Assembly: GCF_006345805.1 (NCBI RefSeq)
Contig: NC_043002.1
Coordinates: forward strand, 96,968,001-97,032,000
DNA length: 64,000 nt
Direction: 5' to 3'
Origin: Octopus sinensis
Taxonomy: Eukaryota
A program made the translations under genes and the position numbers. Of this stretch, positions 1 through 11,905 are shown in pieces. The notes below the pieces were generated by a model. That model was not told the DNA's origin, searched no databases, and saw only the letters and a program-made list of their open reading frames with translations. The first letter of the stretch is position 1; each line of letters begins with the position of its first letter.

Positions 1-155
1 TATTATCATCATCATCATTATTCAGGCCACTTCTTGATGAAGGCTTGAGTGTATATCAGCCGAAATGTTGTGTTAACAAGAAACAGGATGAGGACAAATA
101 TCCGTCAAATGTAAATGTAAATGTACATAATTTCTCATCTCTTAAGTATAGAACT
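1..155 (+). mobile_element. Partial hammerhead-bearing tRNA-SINE/Penelope-type terminal element (same family as 47691-48058)
   Basis: TTGATGAAGGCT..AGCCGAAATGTTGTGTTAAC..CATCTCTTAAGTATAGAA aligns to 47691-47820 (reverse) and 47970-48058; bases 1-31 match the inverted tRNA-head flank at about 47875-47900. Confidence 0.7.
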
Positions 156-460
156 GCAAGTTATTTCTGTCCAAAACCCACGCTTTAGTAGTACTCAAAA
201 ACTCTCAATAAGCACTTATTCTGTACCTCCATTGAATTAAATTCTTTTTAACAGTATTTCTCTTATCATTGTTAGCATAATCATTCAGCACGCTACTCCG
301 AATATTTCGTTTTCAAATTCCATTAACAAATTTTGATTTCTTCATTTCACATACTTAATTCTGTTTCTTCAGTCAACTTATTGAACTTTCATTAAAATCA
401 AAACTCAAAGTGTTCTTTAAGTATACCAAAGAAATTGCCTCTTTGTGTTGTAAGGTAGGG

Positions 461-2290
461 TCACACCTCCAAAAACGATGGTTCCCTTGCAGGAAACCCG
501 ACGAGGAAAAGTGAGACTCTTAATGAGCAATTAAAAATTGTTTTCACCCCACCATTACGGCACATGCAAGTCAGTAAACTTGTGGAATCGTTTACCATTA
601 CGGAGGTTAAAAGAGAAGCAGTAACAATTGATTGCATGACCATCAATGAAGAGGATGTAATACTCGCTATAGATGACGTGGACGCAAACTCAGTTGCTGG
701 CCCCGGTGGATTCCTAGCAATTCTTTTCAACTCATGCAAGCGAACCCTTGCAAAACCACTGCAGCTTCTTTTTCAGAGCTTCCATGTAAGTGGTAATTTC
801 TCAGGAAAACTGTAGGAGAGAATAATATGCCCTATTCATAAAGAAGGAAGCAGAGCAAATACTAAATACTATAGCCATGCATCTCCGACCTCACACATCA
901 TCAAAGTCATGGAATGAATAGTTCGAAGGAAACTAATTGCGTTCCTTGAAGAGAATGAATTGCTGACTGATACCCAAAACAGTTTCGACCAAGCAGAAGC
1001 TGCCTGAACAGTTCTTGCCGCACTATTACTGGGTGTAAAAGCTGCTCAACAACTCAAATGTGGATTTAATGCAACTCGACTTCGCAAAATCCTTTGATAA
1101 ATTCGACCATGGTATGCTATATCAAATGCTCCATTATCTCAACATAGTCAGAAAACATGAAGAGTGGCTACATGACTTTCTAAAAGATAGAAGTCGAGTA
1201 ACGATGGCCAATGGTGCTACTTGCAAGGAAATAAAAATAATGAGTGGTGTCCTGCAGGGTACTGCCTTGAGGCAACTATTATACATAGTGGCACTCATAG
1301 AGATGCCCACAGTTGCTCAGATAGCTACCCTTGCTAGCTATGCAGATGATTCTGAAGTTTCTCCTAGGTTATAGAAACTTGGAGATGTTTCAACAGGAGT
1401 TGGACTCAATTTACAGGTGGAGTGAGGAAAATAACATGCAGTTTGATGATAGAAAATTCCAAGCCCTGCGCTACTAACACGCGATGCTGAATGAAATCAG
1501 ACAGGATATACTGACCCGGAAGGTTGCAATCCCTGAATGAAAATCAGTCTGCGACTTGGGCATTGACAGGAATAATAATGCATCTTTTTACGTGATTAGC
1601 AACAAAATGTAGCTTAGCAATATGTGGTTTAGCAGGATAAAATGTAGCTTAGCAGGATTAGCAATAAGATGTAGACGATTGGCCGAATGGATCCTTAGAA
1701 CTTTCAGAACAGGAAACCATGACGGCCTTCTGGGGGACATTTGTCCTCAGCCGTTTAGTTTACTGCTCCCAACTATGATCACAATACAATTCGAAGTAAT
1801 CCAGTGAAGCCACACAAAGAAGATCGTATCAATGCGACATCTCAGTTACAGGGAGAGACTGAAAAAAGTTAAGAACCTAGAACGTAGGTGGATATGCATC
1901 TGAAAAATCCTAGAACTTTGGCATTGAAAGTTATACAAACAGTAGAACGGGGCACCATTGCATAGTACCAAAAATCCCAAAATTGCCATCAGAATACAGG
2001 TCCAGATGCTGCAAAAGATTGGGCTTCAAGGACCCACAGCCCTTCAATATCATCCCACAATGCGTGAGAGACCTATATGGAGTGGACGTAGGCGTTTTCA
2101 AAGCAAAAATGTATGTCCGCTTGTTAACAGTTCCGGATGAAACTACCTAGCCTCAAGAAACGCAGATGAGGGCAGCAACATCAAACTTACTCGTTCGCAA
2201 AATGCCACATATCAAAGTAGGTTTAGTGAAAGTATAGCAAAGCCAACGCCAGTGCCCCAGCATGGTCGCAGCTGTATAGCTGACACTACA
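461..2290 (+). mobile_element. Degenerate CR1/L2-group LINE: RT domain and 3' end
   Basis: RT motifs across broken frames: AGPGGFLAIL, ICPIHKEGSR, LDFAKSFDKFDH, SGVLQGTAL, YADDS; many stops and frameshifts. Confidence 0.85.
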
Positions 2291-3188
2291 CACATACACA
2301 CACACACATACACACACACATACACACACACACATATATATATATATACATACATGCATACAAACATACATAGTACGCTGAACTATTCAGAAATCTGCAG
2401 TTACTCTATCCAGATTACAATTTCAGGTTTATACCTGTAATTATTGGGGCCCAGGGATATGTAACACGTATCAATCTTCAGATACCAATCTGAAATACCA
2501 ATCTTGAGAAATTAGGCTTCTGAAAACCAGAAAGGAGAAAGCTAATTCGAAGAATACAGATCCAATTTATCACTGGAACTGTAAAAATCTGTAAAACTTT
2601 CCAGAAGTTTAACATTTAAATATATATGAGCAAGTCTAGATATGCAACTATATGCACGGGAAGACATACATAAAACAAAATATACAAATCTGCACATATA
2701 CATACATACATACACACATACGTACAAATACATATACACATACAAAAACACTTTGTCGCTGATGTTGAAATTCCAATGAAGGAGCCTTGATTCTAGGTTA
2801 GAAACCGGCTCTTTCTCTATTCCATAGTCTTATATTGCTTTCATTCATTCAAATAGACAGAAGACAAATCTTAAACATTTTCAAGCAACCGTGTCAATCC
2901 CATTGCTAAGTTAAGGCTGATGTTTGTTCTATCCACTACTATGTGTCAAACTGCTAGATTTGAATATATACAGGGCAAGCATAAGATCAGATTTTCTTTA
3001 GACAGATGTAAACGTACACAGACGCCGTCAGACATACGAATGCACAGGCATATACAAACACAAAAACTATCACACACACACATACATACATACATACATA
3101 CATACATACATACATACATACATACATACATACTACATACACACACACACACACACACACACCACACACACACACACCACACCACACA

Positions 3189-3231
<43 letters not shown>

Positions 3232-3261
3232 AACTCATATGCACGCCTACACATGTATCTA

Positions 3262-3830
3262 CATATGGTGGCTGCCTCCTCGTTATCGAGTATGGCCATT
3301 GCACGAAGCTTAATCAATGTTGTTATCGTGCAATGCCTGTGCAAGAAGATCTTTTTTAAAGTGAGGAAAGGCTGTGCACTGAGTCAATCCCACTCACTAA
3401 GCAACAACAGGCATAATCCGAAAAGAAGAACAAGTCAACATCATCGGTAACCACCGAGCCGCAGGTTTTATGTCAGAGTTATCCCAGTTACCTGAGTTAC
3501 CTTCACCTAGAAGGATGCCCTAACAAAGGCTGGGAGTCCTTCACTCCCAATGGTTTAACCGTGCGATCGGGTATTCAGTCCGATTATTTCTATGTCCCCG
3601 CGCATGATGCAGCCTTAAGCCATAAGAAGAAAAAAAATTACACATTGGATGGCCGTTCACTCTCAAGAGTTCCTCCGCCCTTTGATGGGTTTTGTTTTTC
3701 AGTCCGCAGGGTGTCCAATAAACATCCTCTTCACCAAGCAAGCTTGGTGGGGTTGCCGGTTTAGTCGCCGACGGCCCGACCATGCAACAGGTTGTACTGG
3801 GTTACATGTTATCAGTAGCAACTCAAAGTG
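3262..3830 (-). mobile_element. Non-autonomous RTE-derived element (RTE 3' UTR joined to a putative RTE 5' UTR)
   Basis: 3265-3315 is the reverse complement of the RTE 3' UTR at 39295-39338; the upstream part resembles RTE 5' UTRs (GGGCATCCTTCTAGGTGAAGGTAACTC, ATAAAACCTGCGGCTCGG) from memory; no RT coding sequence between. Confidence 0.5.
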
Positions 3831-3849
3831 AATGAAATTCTATATATAC

Positions 3850-3898
<49 letters not shown>

Positions 3899-3919
3899 GC
3901 GTACATACATGCTTACATA

Positions 3920-4012
3920 CTTAAAACTTTATGCAAAGAATTTGCTTGAGATGAAAATGAGTCTTGAACTAGTTACAACATTTTCAAAGGATGTAGGGTT
4001 GGAGTTTGGCCA
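3920..4012 (+). mobile_element. R4/Dong-like LINE RT fragment, cut by the assembly gap
   Basis: KLYAKNLLEMKMSLELVTTFSKDVGLEFG resembles the post-YxDD segment of RLE-clade RTs. Confidence 0.6.
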
Positions 4013-4112
4013 NNNNNNNNNNNNNNNNNNNNNNNNNNNNNNNNNNNNNNNNNNNNNNNNNNNNNNNNNNNNNNNNNNNNNNNNNNNNNNNNNNNNNNNN
4101 NNNNNNNNNNNN
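4013..4112. other. Assembly gap (100 N)
   Basis: Run of 100 Ns. Confidence 1.
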
Positions 4113-4263
4113 CTTTTTTTCGGCATATTTGGCATTAGAATTTTTCTTTTGCCCTTATTTTGTAATCATTTATAAATTTAACCTTTAAAGGTATTTTTTG
4201 ATATGCTGGCCATTGATAATTTTTTTTTTCACGAAAAAAAGAAAAAAAATTATCCTATATTAG

Positions 4264-4309
<46 letters not shown>

Positions 4310-4344
4310 GTATCTTAAAAAGTCAAAAGTTACGAACTATATTA

Positions 4345-4720
4345 TAACAGTGATATAACAATTTATGCAAAGATCCTGCCTTCAGATTTCACCAAGGATT
4401 CAAGACAACTCCGGAATCTGGTGCATGAGTTCCTCATTATGTCCCCGGGAAGATCTTCGGACATTCATTGATTTTGGTCATCAACTCATCCTTCGTGTTG
4501 CAGGCGGAGCGGTTGGTGTCCTTCTCAACCGCACGGAATTAGGAGGCCAAAAATAGGGTCTGGCGTGAAGTTGTAGAAATTCTCCGGCAACCATTTCTGA
4601 CAATTTCCGGTGGACATCGAGCAGTCACCCTCTTCAGCTAGGGTTTAACTACAGTCTACAACAGTTCACATAGTTATCGGAATTGGGTCCAAGGCCCTAT
4701 TCAAATATCTGGGAATAAAC
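4345..4720 (-). mobile_element. Degenerate Tc1/mariner (DD37D/maT-like) transposase C-terminus
   Basis: Minus strand gives GLGPNSDNYV, VKP*LKRV, CQKWLPENFYNF, FWPPNS, VEKDTNRSACNTKDEL, RNSCTRFRSCLESLV, typical of mariner catalytic-domain ends. Confidence 0.75.
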
Positions 4721-6398
4721 GTCGGCGTGCTGAATGAAGTCAGCGTGCCTGCTGTGTCTTTTCTTCTTTTCCACGGTTTCGTATTCTCCGTGGCAATTGC
4801 CCATGTTATTTCTTACAGCCTTTAAAAGTGTTAACAGAGCATTGAGCAGCAGTTATAATATCGGCATTTTGATATCCAGCGCGAGTTATCATGCTAAGTG
4901 TAATTTTTTCCAATATTCAGATGGCTTCTAGTCTTCCATGTCAGCCAACATTTTCTCAACTACAATTTTAATCTTTTTGCTCTCCAATGCAATTTACTAT
5001 TTAGGAATACGTCCAGATTTTTCTCAGAAAGGGGGAGAAAAAAAGGATACCCGCTCTTGTAAAATAGGTGTGCATCTTATACAAGAGTGCATCAGGTATA
5101 CCCCAGTACATACGTTAATAAACCAAGACAGAATGCACGAAGTCGACTTGAGAGAAAGTATAACAGAAACAGTAGAGAAAATAAGTCATCATAACAAAAT
5201 AATTTAATTTGGATCAAGTTCATATAAGCCAAGATACTACTAAATAGGCATGTATGAGAAGTAATAACTAAACACAGCAGAGCATTCCAAGAAAGGATTT
5301 CGTTTAAGTCTACTGAAATACCAATCTAAATGACAGAATTTACACAATAATCGTTATGGTATCGATGTATGCCAGAAAGCTATAAGGGTAACCTTAATTA
5401 ATTAGAAACATCGCAAGTTATTATTAAAATAAACAGTTATAATAACAGCTACACAACATTGGAAACTACAGTAATAAAAGCAGATAATATAATATAAACT
5501 CTCATTTTCCGAATATCAAAGCGGAAATTACACACTATCTATTAAGGTTATGAAGTTGAGCCTTCATTGCAATACTGACCAGACATGCAATATTGTTTGT
5601 TAATATATTCGACATTTTACTTTGTTCTAATTGTTAGTTTTATAATTTATTGATCACATATGACTATTTTCATGTTTATGTTTCCAGCTGTTACATAACA
5701 TATTAGATTTACACGTGTTGTGTTTCTCTCCCCATTTAAGTGTCGGTAAATTTATTGTATTTGCAGGTTTGCAATCTAAATTCTGAGGATATTCTTGTCT
5801 ATGAATTACCAATTTCCCTAACAAATTCAACGAAGTTCTCCTGAATTACATCTGAACATTTGCTACATACAAATGTTTCTAAGCATCATAGAGTTCAATA
5901 ATGTTTTGTTTATGTTCCAGTCCCTAGAATTTCACTGATGTTTTTCCCCATAGTAAAATCAATGATGACCTAAAGACATCCATAAAATGTAAATTGCGTG
6001 TGGTAAAAAGACAGTTAACGATTGACAATAAAAGACGAACTCCAGTCAAATAGACATGACGGAATCACATCAATTGGAAACAATTCAGAGCGCTAAAGGC
6101 GGACAAGAAAAAAAAGTTAACGATATCTAATACCGGATATATAATGAGTAAATCGGATTACATATTTCAGATACAATAATTAGGAAATAAATTGGAATAT
6201 GGAATCTATCCTGAAGAAGGGATATGTACACGATATACTGGATACCATAATTGTGTCTTGTCAGAGAGCAGTATAATTCCAAGAATACTGGTGTCGTAAA
6301 AAAAGAGATTTGGCCAAGGCATTAAATTTTATGTTCCTTATTAAGCATTTTTATATCTTGTTTTATGCATACATACATACATACAATACATACATACA

Positions 6399-6434
<36 letters not shown>

Positions 6435-6446
6435 TATATATTATAT

Positions 6447-6491
<45 letters not shown>

Positions 6492-6600
6492 TATACATAC
6501 ATTGTCAATAATAATAAGGGTAAAATTAATTAATTAATTAATTAGTAATTAATAATTTTACCAAGCAGTGTTCAGTACGTAAAAGGACCATTTACGGTAA

Positions 6601-6812
6601 ATATAAACATTACTTCATATAATTAGGGTTCAGCCAAAAAATTGCTTTACCACACACCGAACTTTTAGAAATAGCAGCCAAAGAATTAGCTATTTCCACT
6701 ACTTTTTTTATAGTAGTGGAAATAGCTAAATTCTTTGGCTGCTATTTCTAAAGTTCGGTTTGTGGTAAAGCAATTTTTTGCTGAACTCTAATTATATAAG
6801 GTAATGTATATA
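6601..6812. repeat. Near-perfect palindrome, about 103-bp arms and 8-nt loop
   Basis: 6601-6703 is the reverse complement of 6712-6812 with few mismatches. Confidence 0.9.
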
Positions 6813-6827
6813 TATACAGAGAGAGAG

Positions 6828-6863
<36 letters not shown>

Positions 6864-7449
6864 CGTAGTGATTGAATAAGGAATGAGAAAATGCTTCCAT
6901 CCTTATGGTGGCTCTATGCAAATATCAGAAATCTGAGGAAAACAGAGGGATTGTAGTACAGAGACTAAATGAACCGGAAGAACACCAGGGCTTCGCAGAC
7001 GAGCAATCAAAAATGCGATATCCAATATTCGTAATTAGTTCGGTGGAGCAGATTCTACATAGGTTCAGGTACCATGATTAGGAAAGAGATTGGAATATGT
7101 AGTTTATCCTAAAGAGCAGATAAGTGCTAGTTATATTGGAGGAAATAATTATATCTCCGAGAGAAGTATTAATCCTGGTGTTTCTCATAGTATGAGGTCA
7201 TGTTTAGCAAAGTCTGCTTGAAATAAACATCGGAAATGCTTTGTCTCACTTCAAAGTTACAGGGGTGAGTGTAAGATCTTCTGAATTACCCTTCCGTATT
7301 ATGAACAGATATCGCAAGGTCACTAATGTTTCGCCCTTTAGCTTGTCACCTGCGAGGACTGAATTAGTACTGAACCATTGAAGGATTTCACCAACGGTCT
7401 CTTGTCAATCAGAGCCTTCTTGAGCTGATTTAGCTGCTATGACTACCTC

Positions 7450-7692
7450 CTTCATGGCTTTTTGAGTATATAAGTGTTATGGAGAGAGATTTGTCCAACA
7501 TATTGAATTTACTTATTCCTTATTAGACATTTTCCAATTTTTCTTTGATATAGAGTCCGGTAATTGAATACTTCATGGTTTTTCGAGTATATAAGAGTCA
7601 TGGGGAGAGATCTGACCAACATATTGAATTTAATTATTTCTTATTAGACAATTAAAATTTTTTTTTCTTTGATGTAGAGTCCGGTAATTGAA
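7450..7692. repeat. Diverged 121-bp tandem duplication within a probable old LINE relic
   Basis: CTTCATGG..GAGTCCGGTAATTGAA unit begins at 7450 and 7571. Confidence 0.8.
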
Positions 7693-8689
7693 CATGAGAC
7701 AAAGAAAAGCATTCGTCTAGACAATCGTTCAATGTAGCTATGAGTGCTTCTTGTAGAGAAACACATGTTGCAAATGGAAGAGGACAATATTACGAACCAT
7801 TTGAGAGGAAAGTCTTCAGAGAAATTTATCAAAGATTTTGTGACTCCACGCAAAAATATATTCTACCAGGAACTTGTATGGATTTGTGGCACAGAGATGT
7901 GCAGATGGGATCTAGTGAAATTTGAACCTACTTTCAGGGGGTAAAGCTAAACCAGATACTTTAGCAAAATATTGTTCTAGGCATGCATGGCCGTGTGGTT
8001 CAGAGGCTTGCTTTGCAATAATGTGGTTACGGGTTCAACCCCATAGAGATGGTATCTTGCACAATTGACTTCTACTATAGTACCAGATTGAGCAACGCTT
8101 CGGGAGCGTATTTGGTAGAAGGAAACTGTGTGTTAACCCGTTGCACATAAACGTTTGCGCACACACATGTGTGTGTGTGTGTGTGTGTGTGTGCGCGTGT
8201 GCGTGCGTGCGTGCGTGTGTGTGTGTGTTAGTGTGTGTATGTGTTTGTGTGTGTGTGTGCGCGCGCGTACGTGCGTGTGTGGATTATCTCCGTTGCACTC
8301 GAGAAACCAGAATACTTTTAAAAAAATGATCATGGGAGATAACTCTCACTTTATATACCATGAATGCTCTCCCTTGCAGAATGACACGCAAGTTGTCACT
8401 GAAGTCTATTTACATAGAGATACACCCACGCACAAGGTCACGAGCACGCACTCATACACACACACACACACACAGTGTCATGTATGCATATTCACACTGA
8501 AGTGAACACTTGATTTAGATTCAATTTCAAGAGTATTTGGTAAACATTTGTGAAAGTCAAACGTTAATGTAACGGAAAGTAAGTTCGCATGGCAACCAGC
8601 ATTGCTGTGAATTCTCTTCTTGTAAATAGAAATGAGGCACGTGAGCCATAAAAGATAAGAAGACGGCTGCAGACAACGTTTACTCGTCA

Positions 8690-9050
8690 GAAAGCACAAA
8701 AAATTATCCACACCCGTGGACATATTTACAAAGTAAGAAAACAGCACAGCTCCCATGACTTCAGGAAACATTTTTTCACGCTGAGAGTTGCTGAAGTATG
8801 GAACAAACTGCCGGCATCGGTTGTTAGTTGTCGGAGCACTGCATCCTTCAAAACTTCCATGCTTTCTGAGATTCGCCAACACTACACTTGATTTTCTCCC
8901 CTCCATACACACACAAGCATGTATCTGACTCATACACTGTTCACTTTCCAGACATTTCTACATTACTGCATGTACTTTATATGCACTTTCTGACAAGTTG
9001 TGGTGCACCTGAGCACTGTATACAATAATTTCATTAGTATTATTATTATT
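8690..9050 (+). mobile_element. CR1-type LINE 3' end
   Basis: HSSHDFRKHFFTLRVAEVWNKLPASVV..SFKTS (FxxRVxxxWNxLP motif), then 3' UTR and (ATT)n tail. Confidence 0.85.
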
Positions 9051-9479
9051 AAGATGGGAGGCAAGGTCTGTGACGCTTTAGCTGTACAGTGCCTTTCACA
9101 TCCAATCTGTTTTAATGGCGTCTGGTCTAATTACTGGACCAAGAGAACTGCTTATTCATCGAATTAACAATATAAGTGGGATATTGAGTACCCTAAAATC
9201 CCAGACAGCATCCAATGTAATACAGTATGTGGTCAACCTGAGTTCGATGGCATCAACTGAACACTGCACTCACGAGTTTTGGTTGTTTCCAGAAGGTTCT
9301 TAGTTCGGATCTTAATTTCATTGAATTTTTAGCATTCAGTGTTTTTCTTTGCTTCAACTATATAAACGATATATATACGGAAGAAAATAATTTCAATTGG
9401 TGTTTGGGTTGTAGAGAGAGTAATTTCGTAGAAATATATAAAATAACATATAATTTGGTATTTTGATGTAATATTAGCC

Positions 9480-9658
9480 GTAGGAGTGGCTGTGTGGTAA
9501 GTAGCTTGCTGACCAACCACATGGTTCCGGGTTCAGTCCCACTGCGTGGCACCTTGGGCGAATGTCTTCTACTATAGCCTCGGGCCGACTAAAGTCTTGT
9601 GAGTGGATTTGGTAGACGGAAACTGAAAGAAACCCGCCGTATATATATATATATATAC

Positions 9659-9693
<35 letters not shown>

Positions 9694-9869
9694 GTGTGTG
9701 TGTGTTTGTGTGTCCGAGTTTACGTCCCCGTAACATAACGGTTCTGGAAAAGAGACCGATAAAATTAGTAGTAGGCTTACAAAGAATAAGTCCTGGGGTC
9801 GAATTACTCGACTAAAGGCGGTGCTCCAGCATGGCCACAGTCGCATGACTGAAACAATTGAAACAGAGT
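9480..9869 (+). mobile_element. tRNA-derived SINE family A (internal TA/TG microsatellite), full copy
   Basis: A box GGCTGTGTGGTAAG, B box GGTTCAGTCCC, conserved body and GAAAC(AAGT)AAAAGAG tail; many near-identical copies in the window. Confidence 0.9.
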
Positions 9870-10683
9870 ATGTCACGCTAAATTTGACTTCGTTATTCAC
9901 TTGTTCTAGAAAAACTTTAGAAAAATGTTAGAGTGGTTTAAATTTGATAATTTTTACCCAATCATATAACAGGATTTGGAAGCTGGCATTTTCTACGTGA
10001 TGGCTGTCCATCACAATATCACAATAACGAAAGTCAGTTCCTGTAAGCAATTAATACATTTTTTTGTAGTGAAAATTCAAAAACGAAAGTTTGATGTACG
10101 CTATATGAGTTTCTCAAACAAATTACAATTTTCGAATCTCCCGCGCCACACGAACTCGCAGGAATACGAGTCAAGCAGAGAACGGTGCGTCTCACAGCAT
10201 CGTATACTCTCATGTGCTTTTTTTCCCACTTGTTGCGTGTGGGTAACATCTTTCGAGTTAATAAATTCAATGTTCTATGCCGAAAATTATAACCATCAGT
10301 TCCAGAAATGTGAGAGTAGGCACTCTACAATTCACTGAAAATTGTGGTTCCTGGAAGAACCGGCTGACGTACGCATACCTCTAGTCGCGTTTCCGACTTG
10401 GCACCGCATAAAGTAAACCATTTTGCTCCCCTCCACCCCGTGCACACACACACAAACACACCTTCGAAAACCCGTAGCTCAGCTAGTAATTACTCCCCAC
10501 CGGTTGTATTTACAGCTTGAGAAGACTGTTTAGTTTATCTCAACATTGTTCCACGAACCGTCTATTTGAACTGGTTTGCCGACCAGGTCCGCTGAACATA
10601 CTTCATCAACGTAGGTGTTGTAATCAACAGCTGTGCAGTGGATCATCCCCAGGTACTCAAAAAACAAAAATCGGACTGAAGTA

Positions 10684-11196
10684 CCGTAAATCCTCGAGTA
10701 TAGTCCGCCCTTGAGTATAATACGCAGGGGAATTTTAGTGGGACTGTACCTCTGAAAAACCTAAACCTTGTGTATAATAAGCAACCCTTCTCTAACTTGA
10801 GTCAAGGAGGTCTATATTACGTCCTTGGTTTGTAAAAATATATACGATAACGTCCTTTATTATTATTGTATATATAACATAGTGCAAACGTGTAGCTTTT
10901 TTGTGCATTTTGTTTGCAGAAAATAAAGAAATAACAGTAATAACGTTTAATAAATGTTGCTTACTGCAGGTTATGGATGATTCTTTTATGACTTCATTGC
11001 TTTTAGAATTAGCTTAAGGTATTTTCGCGCCTGATATCACAAAATGCGTCTGAATAAACATTGCTGGACAGCAAATAGAGAATCGGACATTTCTTGGAAA
11101 ATAATTTTCATTTTTAACCTCGTATTTAGTACGCACTAGGGATTTTGACCTTTAAATTTTGGGGGGAAAATGCGGATTACACTCGAAGATTTACGG
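10684..11196. mobile_element. 513-bp MITE, Tc2/pogo-like (TA target duplication, CCGT termini)
   Basis: TIRs CCGTAAATCCTCGAGTATAGTCCGC and CCGTAAATCTTCGAGTGTAATCCGC (22/25), TA on both sides (10682-10683, 11197-11198). Confidence 0.9.
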
Positions 11197-11332
11197 TAAG
11201 TTTCTTGACCCATGAAAGGAAAACCAGTACAGTCCTAAGAGGAAGGGGACCATCTTCGAACCATGTATCTTTTCTGACAGACACACTTGTGGCAACCATT
11301 TCGGATATAACGCCGGTAAGTTTTTTCCGCGA

Positions 11333-11485
11333 AGCGTCTCTTTGTACATAATATTTTTCTTGTAGCGTCTCTTTGTACATAATATTTTTCTTGTAGCGTC
11401 TCTTTGTACATAATATTTTTCTTGTAGCGTCTCTTTGTACATAATATTTTTCTTGTAGCGTCTCTTTGTACGTAATATTTTTCTT
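11333..11485. repeat. 31-bp minisatellite, 5 copies (AGCGTCTCTTTGTACATAATATTTTTCTTGT)
   Basis: Units start at 11333, 11364, 11395, 11426, 11457; no spacers. Confidence 0.95.
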
Positions 11486-11787
11486 TTCGGTATAACTTCC
11501 TTCTCTTGCCGCATCCTTTTCGGCTTTTAATTTCTCCATCATACTCGAAATGTTAAGCAAGTTGACTGCCACTAGACTTCAATTTAGGTTGAAAAGGTCG
11601 AAGAAAACACACAGTTCAAAATTATGAAAATGAGGTTACTCGACGGGACAGCAATCGAAAATCTACGTTTCTCAAAAAAGATAAAAAGGACAAAAATGAA
11701 GCAATACAAACTTTAAAAAAAAATAGGCAAGTAAAGAAAAATACACGTGGTAGTAGTAGTAGTTTTAGGCAAACAACAGCTTGCTTT

Positions 11788-11832
11788 GTTACCATGGCAA
11801 CAGGTATCAGTGTAGGTGTGGCTTTTGATTGG
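11788..11832. promoter_or_regulatory. Perfect RFX X-box GTTACCATGGCAAC (11788-11801) plus CCAAT box (ATTGG, 11828-11832)
   Basis: 14/14 consensus match with a nearby CCAAT; lies upstream of the minus-strand Merlin transposase relic. Confidence 0.5.
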
Positions 11833-11905
11833 CTAAAATTACCCACAACTTTCAAACTTTAAAACGATTAAATTTTCAATTATTAATTTATGGCAAAAAA
11901 ATCAA

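Larger units (their letters stand above)
10090..11572 (-). pseudogene. Merlin (IS1595/ISXO2-like) DDE transposase relic, interrupted by a MITE
   Basis: SVRKDTWFE..VFLSWVKKLT|SVR..GMIHCTAVDYNTYVDEVCSADLVGKPVQIDG..VEIN*TVFSSCKYNR, VLPGTTIFSEL*SAY, THTQQV, HRSLLDSYSCEFVWR: the Merlin/IS1595 motif order with stops. Confidence 0.85.

Noticed and set aside
5767-5844. Possible terminal exon VCNLNSEDILVYELPISLTNSTKFS* after a good acceptor (TATTTGCAG)
   Set aside because: No partner exons or recognisable domain; could belong to an upstream gene but unsupported without RNA data.
10970-11018. Exon-like segment (CTGCAG|GTTATG..TAAG|GTATTT)
   Set aside because: Stops in all three frames and lies inside the MITE.
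11333-11485. 31-bp direct repeats as a possible CRISPR array
   Set aside because: Units are contiguous with no spacers, context is eukaryotic, no cas genes.
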